From: a virus
Virus record (IMG/VR): IMGVR_UViG_3300036802_000013
Coordinates: 306 to 64,305 of that record
Reading direction: 5' to 3' (one strand)
Length of the DNA: 64,000 bases
Shown: positions 1 to 9,184 of the stretch, one piece after another
Position numbering within the stretch: position 1 is the first letter of the stretch
How the letters are laid out: each line of letters opens with the position of its first letter
The notes under the pieces: generated by a model
The model's input: the letters and a program-made list of their open reading frames with translations, nothing else
Database searches by the model: none
Told to the model about the DNA's origin: nothing
Made by a program: the position numbers and the translations under genes

Positions 1-1
1 T

Positions 2-595
2 AAATACCACGCTCACTCGGTATTCAAAACGTTTAATACTACGCCATGTACGAAGCCAGCAGGGAAAGAGGACTTATACGACAAAGCGTGCGACTTACTG
101 TACAAGGATGCGAAAGCAGCAGAAGAGGCAGGGGCATCAGAGGCAGACGTTAAGGAAATTCGTGATCGTGCGTACAACCTAAAGGCGAAAGAGCGCTACC
201 TTATCGGATTCATTAACTTAGAAGACGGAAAGCCTATCGTTGTTGACTTCACAGCGAAGCAAGGTAAGGCAGTCGTAGCGGAGTTACAGAAACGTAAAAC
301 GAAGTTATCTCGTTTCGCATTCGAATTAACTAAGACAGGCTCTAGTACTGATACTGTAGTTTCATTCGGCGTAGTACTGGACATGGAGGAAGATATTACG
401 GACAAAGAACGTGAACACTTCGAAAAATCCGCAGACTTCGAGTTCGATATGGCTTTATTCGAGACTGTATTCAGCGTTAACGACGAAGAGAAGCAGTTAG
501 AAGACTTACGAGCGTTCAGTTTCGACGTATCTCGTTTAGGCTTCGGCGATACTACTATCGACGAGAAGAAAGAAGACGAAGACACAGATTTCTAA
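2..595 (+). CDS. Single-stranded DNA-binding protein (5' truncated)
   Basis: Frame open from the window edge (KYHAHSVF...) into the 383..595 ORF; acidic tail ending in F (DEKKEDEDTDF); directly upstream of the DNA polymerase. Confidence 0.65.
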   Translation, partial: KYHAHSVFKTFNTTPCTKPAGKEDLYDKACDLLYKDAKAAEEAGASEADVKEIRDRAYNLKAKERYLIGFINLEDGKPIVVDFTAKQGKAVVAELQKRKTKLSRFAFELTKTGSSTDTVVSFGVVLDMEEDITDKEREHFEKSADFEFDMALFETVFSVNDEEKQLEDLRAFSFDVSRLGFGDTTIDEKKEDEDTDF

Positions 596-625
596 TTCTG
601 TCAAGTGTATGAAAGGAGGGGCGCA

Positions 626-694
626 ATGAATCGTAGAGACGACCGACGTAGACCGTCACCTATCGTAATTGATACGGGCGGCTGGGACGACTAA
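626..694 (+). CDS. Putative 22-aa peptide MNRRDDRRRPSPIVIDTGGWDD
   Basis: Strong RBS AAGGAGG at 613-619, ATG 626, TAA 692-694, followed by a hairpin. Confidence 0.45.
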   Translation: MNRRDDRRRPSPIVIDTGGWDD

Positions 695-752
695 ATAACA
701 GGGGGCAGGGCGAAAGCCTTGCTCTTTTCTGTATCTAATTGGAGGCGAAAGT

Positions 753-2531
753 ATGGAATTGAAACTAGAGTTAAATCTAACTATGAACGATAACAGCGAA
801 GAGAAACGAAAGAAGGTAGCACAAACGAAGGAAAAAGTCAAGGCGGCGGACGAAACCGTAGAGGAAGCATTCGACCGTATCGCAGCTATGGCACTAACTG
901 ACAAGGAAAAGGAGCAGCTAGAAGTAGCACGAGAAGCTGTACGTAATGGTGAAGCTGGACGATTAGAAAGCGGAAAGATGAACAAGGGTGAGGCGCTATC
1001 TATTGGCGAGAAAGTAATGCGCAAGAGAGAGAATGCAGCGAAAGCGGGGCGTATTAAGTCGGTAATCGACACGCAGCCCGATAACTTCCATGTACTCGTA
1101 AACGATTCGGAGCTAGAGCCATTCATGGAAAGACTGCGCTTAGAAGTAACGTTACAAAAAGAACAGTGGAGCGACCGCTTTAAAGTGCTAGGTGTAGAAA
1201 GCCTTACGGCTAACGACTTCGAGGGTACAGGCATCGACAGTTATTTAGATTTATCTATCGGCTTTTCGATATGGCTGCCGATTCTAAACGAAGGATATTA
1301 CCTTGCGTATGGACACGTAGCACTAGCGGAAGATCACACGATACCGAAAGAGTATGCGCACAAAGAAAGCGACCCGCAGCTATCACGCACAAAGGTACTT
1401 GCGAATATCAGCAAATACTTAGGGGCTGAAAAGCATGGCAAGTCTTTCCATATGGGAAGCGCACGTTATGACTTACATATCGCAGAGAATGACGGCTACA
1501 CTATCGACGGCTGCGTGTGGGATACGCTCGACGCAATGAAAGTAATGACCGAGAACCTAGACAGCTACGGACTAAAGCCGCTGATACAGCGCTACGGAAA
1601 GCGATTTTTAGGTATTCAAAACGAAGTTTTCACATTCGAGGACTTATTCGGAAAGCGCAGCCCTGCACCGTTTAATACGTTGATCGTAGGCATTTACGCT
1701 ATTTACGACGTGTACTACGGCTGGAAGCTAACAGAGTGGCAGTTCGAAACGATGAAAAAGACCGATAACCTACTTAACTGTTATGCAGAAATCGACAGTA
1801 AAATACCGCAGGTCGATGTATACATGTGCCGCACTGGGTTTAACGTAGACCTCGAAGAGTTAAAAGAGCTAGAGGTAGAGTTCGCAGAGAAGGTACAGAA
1901 GGCGATAGATTCCGTGTTTACTGCGTACAAAATAGACGAGCAGTTCTTATACGACATGTCTCACACTCTCAACGGCGCAAAAATACAGAAGTGGAAGGAA
2001 ACAATGCACCGCAAGATAGATAAGAAGAAGGAGCAGCTACAGAAGGCGAAAGATGTCAAAGCCGAATGCGAAAAGAACGGCAAGACGAAGCTCAAAAAGT
2101 ACACGAATGCGTTAGACAAGATTAAGCAGCACCAGCGAGAACTAAAAGAACTACAGCGAATGCTAGTCGAAGAGGATAACGACCTATTCATTAAGTCATT
2201 CGAGTTCACGAATAATAACCATATCGGCTACTTAATCTACGACTTCTTAGAAATCGAAGACAAAACGTACAGAATACAGAAAGGTAAGAAGCGTAGTACA
2301 GCGTCAGACGTATTAAAGATTTACTACGAAGACGAGGAAAGTCTAGCGCCGCTAGCTACCGTGGCGGAATACCAAACACTACTAAACACATTCGTACTAA
2401 AGATACCGCAAGCAATGGAAGTAGACGGACGTTTTCACAGCGAATTTAAGGCGGGCGGAACGTCTACAGGGCGGTATAGTTCCGCAGCATACAGCGGCAG
2501 ACCTATCGACATCTTAGACGAGTTTAAATAA
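753..2531 (+). CDS. DNA polymerase family A, N-terminal part (3'-5' exonuclease and thumb)
   Basis: Exo motifs DFEGTG, YDLH, YAIYD; ends just after GTSTGRYSS (TGRLSS motif). Confidence 0.85.
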   Translation: MELKLELNLTMNDNSEEKRKKVAQTKEKVKAADETVEEAFDRIAAMALTDKEKEQLEVAREAVRNGEAGRLESGKMNKGEALSIGEKVMRKRENAAKAGRIKSVIDTQPDNFHVLVNDSELEPFMERLRLEVTLQKEQWSDRFKVLGVESLTANDFEGTGIDSYLDLSIGFSIWLPILNEGYYLAYGHVALAEDHTIPKEYAHKESDPQLSRTKVLANISKYLGAEKHGKSFHMGSARYDLHIAENDGYTIDGCVWDTLDAMKVMTENLDSYGLKPLIQRYGKRFLGIQNEVFTFEDLFGKRSPAPFNTLIVGIYAIYDVYYGWKLTEWQFETMKKTDNLLNCYAEIDSKIPQVDVYMCRTGFNVDLEELKELEVEFAEKVQKAIDSVFTAYKIDEQFLYDMSHTLNGAKIQKWKETMHRKIDKKKEQLQKAKDVKAECEKNGKTKLKKYTNALDKIKQHQRELKELQRMLVEEDNDLFIKSFEFTNNNHIGYLIYDFLEIEDKTYRIQKGKKRSTASDVLKIYYEDEESLAPLATVAEYQTLLNTFVLKIPQAMEVDGRFHSEFKAGGTSTGRYSSAAYSGRPIDILDEFK

Positions 2532-2533
2532 TA

Positions 2534-2562
2534 CCGATCTCATTAACGTTCTGCGCCTAGAG
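2534..2562 (+). promoter_or_regulatory. Phage-specific promoter motif (CC-N17-GCGCCTAGAG), overlapping a terminator-like hairpin
   Basis: ccga...gcgcctagag with the fixed 19-nt offset; upstream of the Mom-like gene. Confidence 0.65.
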
Positions 2563-2612
2563 AAGCGCAGGGCGTTTTTATTTTGCCCTAATAAACCACA
2601 AGGGGGCTACGC

Positions 2613-3362
2613 ATGGAACGGCAAGTACATTACGTAAAAGAAGTACCGAAGGAGCTAGTAGTAGATATGCTGCACAAGTTCCATTATTCGAAAGTATTAC
2701 CACGCATTAACAAAGTATTTCTAGGAGGATACAACGACAAACACGAGCTAGTCGGAGTTATGACGCTAGGGTGGGGTGTAAGACCACTACACACGATACG
2801 AAAGTTATTCCCGTCTTTAGAAAGTAAGGATTACTTCGAAATCGGACGCATGGCACTCGACGATAAATGCCCGAGAAATTCAGAGACGCAGTTCATGTCT
2901 TTATGCAATAAGTACGTAAAACAAAACTACCCGCATGTTAAGGCTATTTTTACATGGGCGGACGGAATGCTCGGTAAGGCTGGGTACGTATACCAAGCAG
3001 GCAACTTCCTATACGGGGGCTTTTCGTGGACAGATTCGTATTTCACAGATACAGGCGAGAAGGTACACCCACGAATGATAGTGAGCAAGCGAGGCAGCCG
3101 ACCAAAGTATGAAGAGGTTAAAGCGGCTGGGTGGAGTCACTACAAAGGCAAGCAGTTCCGATACATTACTTTCTTATGTTCGAAGACCGAAAAGAAGCGA
3201 CTCATACGAGAAAGTACCGTTACATGGACGATTAAAGGTGCGCCAAAAGAGCATGATCTTGCGTGGAAGGTAAAAACAGACGACGGCTGGGTTTTATCAG
3301 AGCGACCATTCTACGACAAACAAAGTACAAACTTCTATAAATCAAAAAAAGATAAATCGTAA
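2613..3362 (+). CDS. Mom-family (GNAT-fold) DNA adenine modification protein
   Basis: HYSK, EIGRM, PRNSE and TWADG..G..G.VYQA.NF.Y.G motifs typical of Mu Mom homologues. Confidence 0.75.
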   Translation: MERQVHYVKEVPKELVVDMLHKFHYSKVLPRINKVFLGGYNDKHELVGVMTLGWGVRPLHTIRKLFPSLESKDYFEIGRMALDDKCPRNSETQFMSLCNKYVKQNYPHVKAIFTWADGMLGKAGYVYQAGNFLYGGFSWTDSYFTDTGEKVHPRMIVSKRGSRPKYEEVKAAGWSHYKGKQFRYITFLCSKTEKKRLIRESTVTWTIKGAPKEHDLAWKVKTDDGWVLSERPFYDKQSTNFYKSKKDKS

Positions 3363-3364
3363 TA

Positions 3365-3393
3365 CCAAGAAACGAAACGCCTTGCGCCTAGAG
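3365..3393 (+). promoter_or_regulatory. Phage-specific promoter motif
   Basis: ccaa-N15-gcgcctagag. Confidence 0.7.
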
Positions 3394-3441
3394 AAATGCA
3401 AGGCACATTTGAAACAAAACAAATCATAGGAGGTCATTAAC

Positions 3442-4818
3442 ATGACAAAATACACAGGATACCAAGCAATCGAATTAATTAACAATGGGATTAGCGTAGC
3501 GGAGGAAAAAGCGCCACATATCGAGTACTTCAAAGACGCATCAGACAACGTAATTAAAACGTTCAATAACCGTACAGGTAATGTAGAGGCAGTTATGCAG
3601 CTATCAGAGTTCTTAAATAAAGAGTTCGTAACGGTAATGGATTTATTAAAAGTAGGCGAGTACGTGAAAGTAGCGCACGGTGGTAATGGATTCTCGAAAG
3701 AGGGCGACATTTTACAGCTTAAAAGCGTATCGGGCGTTGGTGGATTCGAAACGAAGAAGCTAGACGGAAAGTACGGTGGATTCAAATACACATACAACTT
3801 AGTACGAGCTACAGATGCGGAAGTGTTAGCAGCAAAGCAATCGTTATTAAAAGAGGGCGGTCTTGCAAAAGTAATCGCTAATACAAATAATCACGAGTTC
3901 CCTATCGGAGAAATCGTTAAGTTAGAAAAAGAAAGACGCAAAGGAACGGCAGACGTTTACTTTAAATCTTACTATCTTGACGGTCACGACTGGTGGTGTG
4001 TGCGCCCTACGGACTTACTTCCGTTAACAGCCGAAGAGGTTGCGGAAATGGAGCAGAAAGAAAAAGAGGAAAAGGAACGCAAAGAGAAAGAAGCAGCAGC
4101 GAAAAAGCTACGTGAGCAACAGGCTGCTTTAAAAGTAGGCGACATCGTGAAAGTACTCGAAAACGGCTCGCACGGGTTTAAAGCGGGCGACGTACTTCGC
4201 ATCTACGATATCGTGAGCTATGGTCAGAATCAGATTCGCTGCGAACGCTTAGACGGCAAACGAATCAGCAAAGACTACTTCTATAACTCAGAGCTAGCGT
4301 TAGCTACAGATGCGGAAGTGTTAGCAGCGAAGAAAGCGCTACTAACGAAGGGCAGCTATGTAAAAGTGACTTGCCGAGGTTTTAACACAAACGTACAAGT
4401 AGGCGACATCGTAAAAATCGTAACTAACGATAGCTCTCGCATTCCTTTCGAAATCGAAACGCTAGAGGGCAAAGAGTTAGGCTGGATTCCTGCGGCAGAC
4501 GTAGAGCCAGTAACAGATGCGGAAGTAAAAGAGTCGAAAGCTAAGTTAGAAGAAGAGCGCAAAGCAGAAGAGCTTCGTAAGAAGTGGGACGAAATCGGTC
4601 GAGAAGTAGGCGAAATCAAAGCGGGCGATATCGTACGAGTTATCGCACGAGGTTCATCAGACTTCAAAGTAGGCGAGCTTGCTACTGTACAAAGCGCATG
4701 TAAGAAAGTCGCACACTTAACTAATGAGCGTGTTAAATCGCACAACGCTAACTGCCTAGCTCTTAAACGTTTCGAGTTAGTAGTGCCAGTAGAACAACGC
4801 TTCGACAAAACAGCGTAA
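3442..4818 (+). CDS. Modular hypothetical protein with repeated SH3/KOW-like beta domains
   Basis: Repeated (L/I)K(V/A)G(D/E).V(K/R)V starts and ATDAEVLAAK linkers; identical 27-bp DNA repeat at 3807-3833 and 4302-4328. Confidence 0.7.
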   Translation: MTKYTGYQAIELINNGISVAEEKAPHIEYFKDASDNVIKTFNNRTGNVEAVMQLSEFLNKEFVTVMDLLKVGEYVKVAHGGNGFSKEGDILQLKSVSGVGGFETKKLDGKYGGFKYTYNLVRATDAEVLAAKQSLLKEGGLAKVIANTNNHEFPIGEIVKLEKERRKGTADVYFKSYYLDGHDWWCVRPTDLLPLTAEEVAEMEQKEKEEKERKEKEAAAKKLREQQAALKVGDIVKVLENGSHGFKAGDVLRIYDIVSYGQNQIRCERLDGKRISKDYFYNSELALATDAEVLAAKKALLTKGSYVKVTCRGFNTNVQVGDIVKIVTNDSSRIPFEIETLEGKELGWIPAADVEPVTDAEVKESKAKLEEERKAEELRKKWDEIGREVGEIKAGDIVRVIARGSSDFKVGELATVQSACKKVAHLTNERVKSHNANCLALKRFELVVPVEQRFDKTA

Positions 4819-4831
4819 GGGGGTCGCATTT

Positions 4832-5905
4832 ATGGGCTACCCTGTCACGGTAACAGATGCGAACTACCACGACATAGTAACGAAGCTCATAACAGATAAC
4901 ACGAAGGTACGCAAGGGTAGTAACCTGCAAAACATTCCAGCTAGGGGCGATGGGCTACGAGTACGTGGCGCATTCAAACCGCAGGAAGGCTGGTACTACT
5001 TTGCTGCCGATTTATCACAAATAGAGCCTCGTATTATGGCGCACATCATGTACGTAAAGTATGGCGACAATTCACTACGCAGCATTTTCACAGAAGGGCG
5101 AGACTTATATACGACAATGGCTATGATGGTATTTAACTTAGAAGAGAAATACTGCGTAGACAAGGCGTACGATCCTACGGGACGTTTTAAACCTCGTGCG
5201 ATGATGAAGACAGGCGTACTAGCGAAGTCTTACGACCAAAAGGTAGACAATTTCTGTACGAAGATGGGTGTAACTCGTGAAGTAGGCGACATGTTCTACG
5301 AGAAGTTTGATACGGCGTTCCCTTCATTCATTACGATGGTAAGGGACTTCCGTACCTTCGCACTAGAGAACGGCTACAGCGAGACACTATTCGGCAGAAA
5401 GCGAAGATTCCCGCTACTAAAAGAGTACAAGACGTTAGTACAGCGAAACGAACGCAAGCTAATCGACTTATACATAGAGCGTAAGCGACTTCGTAACAAA
5501 AAGAACCAAACGAAGAACGACGCAGCAAGACTCGTAATACTACAGGAAAAGATAGATGAACTAGCAGAAATGCGCAACCTAGTTTCGTACTGGGAGCGTG
5601 CTAGCTTTAACTCGGTAATTCAAGGTACAGGGGCGGACATACTCAAAAAGAACATGATTCGCTTGTACCACGAATGCCGAGCGAGAGGCTGGGAGCTAAA
5701 CGCATCTATTCACGATGAAATTAAATGCGCAGTACCTCTAAAAGATTTAACGCTAGAGAATGCGGACTTAATAACGGACATCATGACGAAATCCGTAGAG
5801 CTATCGCTACCGCTAAAGTCAGATACAGTTATCGAGACAGTATGGGGCGCAGAATACGGGCTAGACGAATGGGACTTCGAAAATGCGAAACCTCTAGCAG
5901 CATAA
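4832..5905 (+). CDS. DNA polymerase family A, C-terminal catalytic part
   Basis: NLQNIP, motif A ADLSQIEPR, motif B R..MK.......Y, NSVIQGTGADILK, motif C IHDE. Confidence 0.9.
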   Translation: MGYPVTVTDANYHDIVTKLITDNTKVRKGSNLQNIPARGDGLRVRGAFKPQEGWYYFAADLSQIEPRIMAHIMYVKYGDNSLRSIFTEGRDLYTTMAMMVFNLEEKYCVDKAYDPTGRFKPRAMMKTGVLAKSYDQKVDNFCTKMGVTREVGDMFYEKFDTAFPSFITMVRDFRTFALENGYSETLFGRKRRFPLLKEYKTLVQRNERKLIDLYIERKRLRNKKNQTKNDAARLVILQEKIDELAEMRNLVSYWERASFNSVIQGTGADILKKNMIRLYHECRARGWELNASIHDEIKCAVPLKDLTLENADLITDIMTKSVELSLPLKSDTVIETVWGAEYGLDEWDFENAKPLAA

Positions 5906-5907
5906 TA

Positions 5908-5936
5908 CCAAGAAATGAAAAGCCTTGCGCCTAGAG
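5908..5936 (+). promoter_or_regulatory. Phage-specific promoter motif
   Basis: ccaa-N15-gcgcctagag. Confidence 0.7.
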
Positions 5937-5978
5937 AAGCGCAGGGCGAAATTGATACAAAACAGGAGGCGAAAGAAA

Positions 5979-6338
5979 GTGATTACATTAGAAACGAAGG
6001 ATAAACGATGGCACGAAATGCGAGAGGATTTAGGAGAGCGGCTGGTTAATGCTGGGTTTATCAAGAAGACGGACGAAAAGTATATTTACGGAAATCGCAC
6101 ATTCGGAAAAGTTTACGGTATTCAAGTAGTAAATGGCACGCCCTCAGATGTACGAATAGAGGGGCTATCGTTACAAACTACGTATGATTTCCATAACTGC
6201 GAACTAAGTGTATGGGGGACGGCGCAAAGATATGCGGGCGCTGCGTATTCAGTAGGCGAGCTAGTAGAGCTAAGAGATTTACTAACAAGATGGCAGAGCG
6301 ACTGGGAACGAAAACTACACATGGAGGCGGCAGCATGA
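5979..6338 (+). CDS. Hypothetical protein
   Basis: RBS GGAGG, GTG start at 5979 within the 5925 ORF. Confidence 0.6.
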   Translation: MITLETKDKRWHEMREDLGERLVNAGFIKKTDEKYIYGNRTFGKVYGIQVVNGTPSDVRIEGLSLQTTYDFHNCELSVWGTAQRYAGAAYSVGELVELRDLLTRWQSDWERKLHMEAAA

Positions 6339-6511
6339 ACAAGGTTTATATCGCACTAATATTCGATAAGGACAAAATGCCGATGGCATACACACCCGAC
6401 GCAGATACATACGAAGAAGCAGTAGAGCTAGGTGCGCAGGGATTAGACGAAATCGAGAACGCACACTATTTTAAAATCGAACAATACTACACAAAGGGAG
6501 CGAGCAAATAA
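6335..6511 (+). CDS. Hypothetical protein
   Basis: RBS GGAGG, ATGA overlap with the previous gene. Confidence 0.6.
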   Translation: MNKVYIALIFDKDKMPMAYTPDADTYEEAVELGAQGLDEIENAHYFKIEQYYTKGASK

Positions 6512-7125
6512 TGGCATACAAAGAGGTATTTACTATCTTAGACTTCGAAACTACAGGGCTAGATCACAATAACGAGCAGGTCGTAGAGGTTGCTGCGATT
6601 CGCACAGACTTAGAGCAGGAGTTAGGGAGACTACACTTATTAGTAACGTTACAGGACGGCAAGAAGCTGCCCGATTTCCTTCTAGATAATACTGATCTTA
6701 CGGACGAAATGCTAGATAATGGCGTCGAAGAGCTGCAAGCTATGATTATCTTAGCGGCATTCATCGGTAACAGTACGGTAGTAGCTCACTATGCGCCGTT
6801 TGACTTCGCATTCTTGAGCGGTTACGGCATTCAGCCGCCACTATTCTTATGCACACGCTCAATCGAACGTTTCTTACATCCGAAATTAAGTGCAAGCCTA
6901 TCACCAACTGCGGAACGTTACGGCGTTAAGTTAGAGGGAGCGCACCGAGCTATGAACGATATCGAGGCGACAGCAGGCGTACTAAAGGCGCAGCTAGGCG
7001 TAATTAAAGCACGAGGCATCGAGCGTCACGAAATCCAAAATATGATTTTCGATAGCGCAGAACGTCCGAACCGCTTTACGCCATTCTTAGCACGAGTAAA
7101 GGGGCTAGAGAATGAAAACAAATAA
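6511..7125 (+). CDS. DEDDh 3'-5' exonuclease (DnaQ-like)
   Basis: LDFETTG, VAHYAPFD, AHRAMND motifs. Confidence 0.9.
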   Translation: MAYKEVFTILDFETTGLDHNNEQVVEVAAIRTDLEQELGRLHLLVTLQDGKKLPDFLLDNTDLTDEMLDNGVEELQAMIILAAFIGNSTVVAHYAPFDFAFLSGYGIQPPLFLCTRSIERFLHPKLSASLSPTAERYGVKLEGAHRAMNDIEATAGVLKAQLGVIKARGIERHEIQNMIFDSAERPNRFTPFLARVKGLENENK

Positions 7126-7324
7126 AGAGAAGACAGCGATATACGGCAAACGTGTAGAGATTACGCAGGAAGGTCGATACCACGGCAAGGTAGGCACAGT
7201 ACTAGACGGGTATAACTCTATGAATGCGACACACGACCACGTATATATTATCGACATCGGAACGGAGTTTCTTGTGCCTATGCACGAGGACTTCGTAAAA
7301 GAGATTAAGGAGGCTGCGGTATGA
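7112..7324 (+). CDS. Hypothetical small beta-barrel protein
   Basis: Coupled ORF; G.RV.I...G..G.V pattern. Confidence 0.55.
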   Translation: MKTNKEKTAIYGKRVEITQEGRYHGKVGTVLDGYNSMNATHDHVYIIDIGTEFLVPMHEDFVKEIKEAAV

Positions 7325-7512
7325 ACCACCTAGAGATTAAGATTAACGAAGTAATACACGAAGAGCCATACGAAAGTCATACATTCCCCGATAGTAAATT
7401 TATTAAGGCTACGTTACTTATTAATGCGGCAAGCAATCTGCAAACAGTAACGAGAGTATTCACTAAAGCAACGTGGGAGCGTGTAAAAGAGCAAGGGTAT
7501 TACATCGGATAG
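7321..7512 (+). CDS. Hypothetical protein
   Basis: RBS AAGGAGG, coupled ORF, terminator follows. Confidence 0.6.
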   Translation: MNHLEIKINEVIHEEPYESHTFPDSKFIKATLLINAASNLQTVTRVFTKATWERVKEQGYYIG

Positions 7513-7536
7513 GGCGCTATATGCGCTCTTTTTTTT
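7512..7536 (+). terminator. Intrinsic terminator, GGGCGC family
   Basis: gggcgc-tatat-gcgctc followed by a T run. Confidence 0.75.
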
Positions 7537-7552
7537 ATTTGAAAATTAATTG

Positions 7553-7684
7553 TTGACATGTTTAAAGTGTCGGTATTAAGATCGAAAACGTAGACAACGA
7601 ACTACACGACCTATCAAAAGGTCGATGCGTCATGGACGAAGAAAAGCGCATCCACAGCGAAAACAAAACGAAAGAGGTAATGAC
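7553..7684 (+). promoter_or_regulatory. SigA promoter with operator and long structured leader
   Basis: TTGACA 7553, TAAGAT 7577, GTAG-N8-CTAC hairpin 7590-7605, two further hairpins, AAACGAAAGAGG RBS. Confidence 0.7.
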
Positions 7685-7930
7685 ATGTACGTAATTAAAT
7701 GCGAAGGTTTCAGAGAAGAAAAAGGATACAATACAGGCGGGTTGCTATGGGATATCAAAATGCTAGAAATTGATATGATGCAATCAAGACACGAATTTGA
7801 TAGCGGCGTAAAAGAGCTATTCTACGGACTAGCGAAATGCGGCGAAGTTAAAACAGTATCAGCGGGACGTGCAGCGAAGGTACAGGGCGTTCTTACAAAA
7901 CATAACTATATCGTAGCGTTAGGCTACTAA
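7685..7930 (+). CDS. Hypothetical cassette protein
   Basis: ATG 7685 after the conserved RBS; terminator follows. Confidence 0.65.
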   Translation: MYVIKCEGFREEKGYNTGGLLWDIKMLEIDMMQSRHEFDSGVKELFYGLAKCGEVKTVSAGRAAKVQGVLTKHNYIVALGY

Positions 7931-7998
7931 ACACACGCACACACGGGCGCTCTTTTTGAGCGCTCTTTTTTGCGTTTAAATTTATTCTTGACAAATCA

Positions 7999-8027
7999 CC
8001 AACATTGCGAATCACCTGCGCCTATAA
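7999..8027 (+). promoter_or_regulatory. Phage-specific promoter motif
   Basis: ccaa-N15-gcgcctataa. Confidence 0.65.
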
Positions 8028-8071
8028 AAACGAAAGGGCGCAAAAGCCTAATAAAAACAAGGGGTGACGCA

Positions 8072-9184
8072 ATGAGCGGACTATTTACACAAGTGAATAT
8101 TAACAGCACGTACAAGCCAGCAGCCGCTACAGCAAGCGGCACAGTAGAGAAGCGAGGTGACAGCGACTTAGCAAACGATATTCTCGACATGTTCGACAAG
8201 TGGCACGCACATCGGGAAGTATGGGACGACGATTTAGATGCGAAGATTTTCCAAATGGAATATGAAATACGCAAGACGAATCGCAAGCGCCTGCCGTGGG
8301 GCAAGAAAGGTACTAGATACTTTAGCCCGTCAAGTGCGAACAGTGACTCACGAGAGTTATACATGAAGCTAACAGGCTCGCAGCGTGACCAAGAAGAGGG
8401 GCAAGCGCATCAAGGGCGTTGGCGTCGCATGGGTAGCTCATACGGCGACATGCTGCAACGTGACCTACTTTACATCGAGAAGCACTGGGAGAAGGAGTTC
8501 GGCGAGAAGCCGCCTTTCATTCCGTACTACGTCGAAGTTAACGGCAAGATGTATCCTGCGTGGGAGAAATTCGCACAGGAAATCAAACACGTAGAACATA
8601 ACGGGCGCACTATCTCTATCTTAGGGCAATGCGATGGAATCTTAGTAGACACTCGCACAGGCGAATTAGTTCTATTAGAGATTAAGTCGAAACAGACGTC
8701 TGCTGCGCAAACAGGTTTCTACAGCATGAAAGAAGCTAAAGACGACCACATGAAACAGACGGTACTTTATTCGGAGCTATACGAAAAATACGGCATTAGT
8801 CGAGCGATAGTTCTGTACGGCAACATGTCTAAGAAGACGTGGAGTATGCAGAAAGAAGAGTACGCAAAAAATCCCGACCTTCGGGCGTTCGAAATCGAGC
8901 TAACCAATATCGGGCGTCAAGAAATTCTTGACAAATTCGATAAGGTACTAGTCGCAGTCGAAACGAAAAACCCGCCAGTATTCGATATCACGAAATTCAC
9001 GTTCAATAACTTCAAAGCTGCTACAGTGGCGAGCTTAACGACGGAAGAGTACGAAGATATCGCAGTACAGGTACAACGCATCAGCCGAAGCCGTATGCCG
9101 CAATGGAAGAAAAATGGCGTGCTGGAAGCGTGGGATTACATCAAAAAGAACTGGAAGGCGGAAGAATGCAACGCCGTTTTCTAG
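8072..9184 (+). CDS. PD-(D/E)xK exonuclease (Cas4/RecB-like)
   Basis: FSPSS, GQCDGI, LEIKS and Q...Y motifs; start after RBS GGGGTG. Confidence 0.75.
   Translation: MSGLFTQVNINSTYKPAAATASGTVEKRGDSDLANDILDMFDKWHAHREVWDDDLDAKIFQMEYEIRKTNRKRLPWGKKGTRYFSPSSANSDSRELYMKLTGSQRDQEEGQAHQGRWRRMGSSYGDMLQRDLLYIEKHWEKEFGEKPPFIPYYVEVNGKMYPAWEKFAQEIKHVEHNGRTISILGQCDGILVDTRTGELVLLEIKSKQTSAAQTGFYSMKEAKDDHMKQTVLYSELYEKYGISRAIVLYGNMSKKTWSMQKEEYAKNPDLRAFEIELTNIGRQEILDKFDKVLVAVETKNPPVFDITKFTFNNFKAATVASLTTEEYEDIAVQVQRISRSRMPQWKKNGVLEAWDYIKKNWKAEECNAVF

Noticed and set aside
2532-4831. Group I intron or split intein interrupting the polymerase
   Set aside because: No recognisable intron core or intein terminal residues; the gap holds two ordinary genes with promoters and terminators
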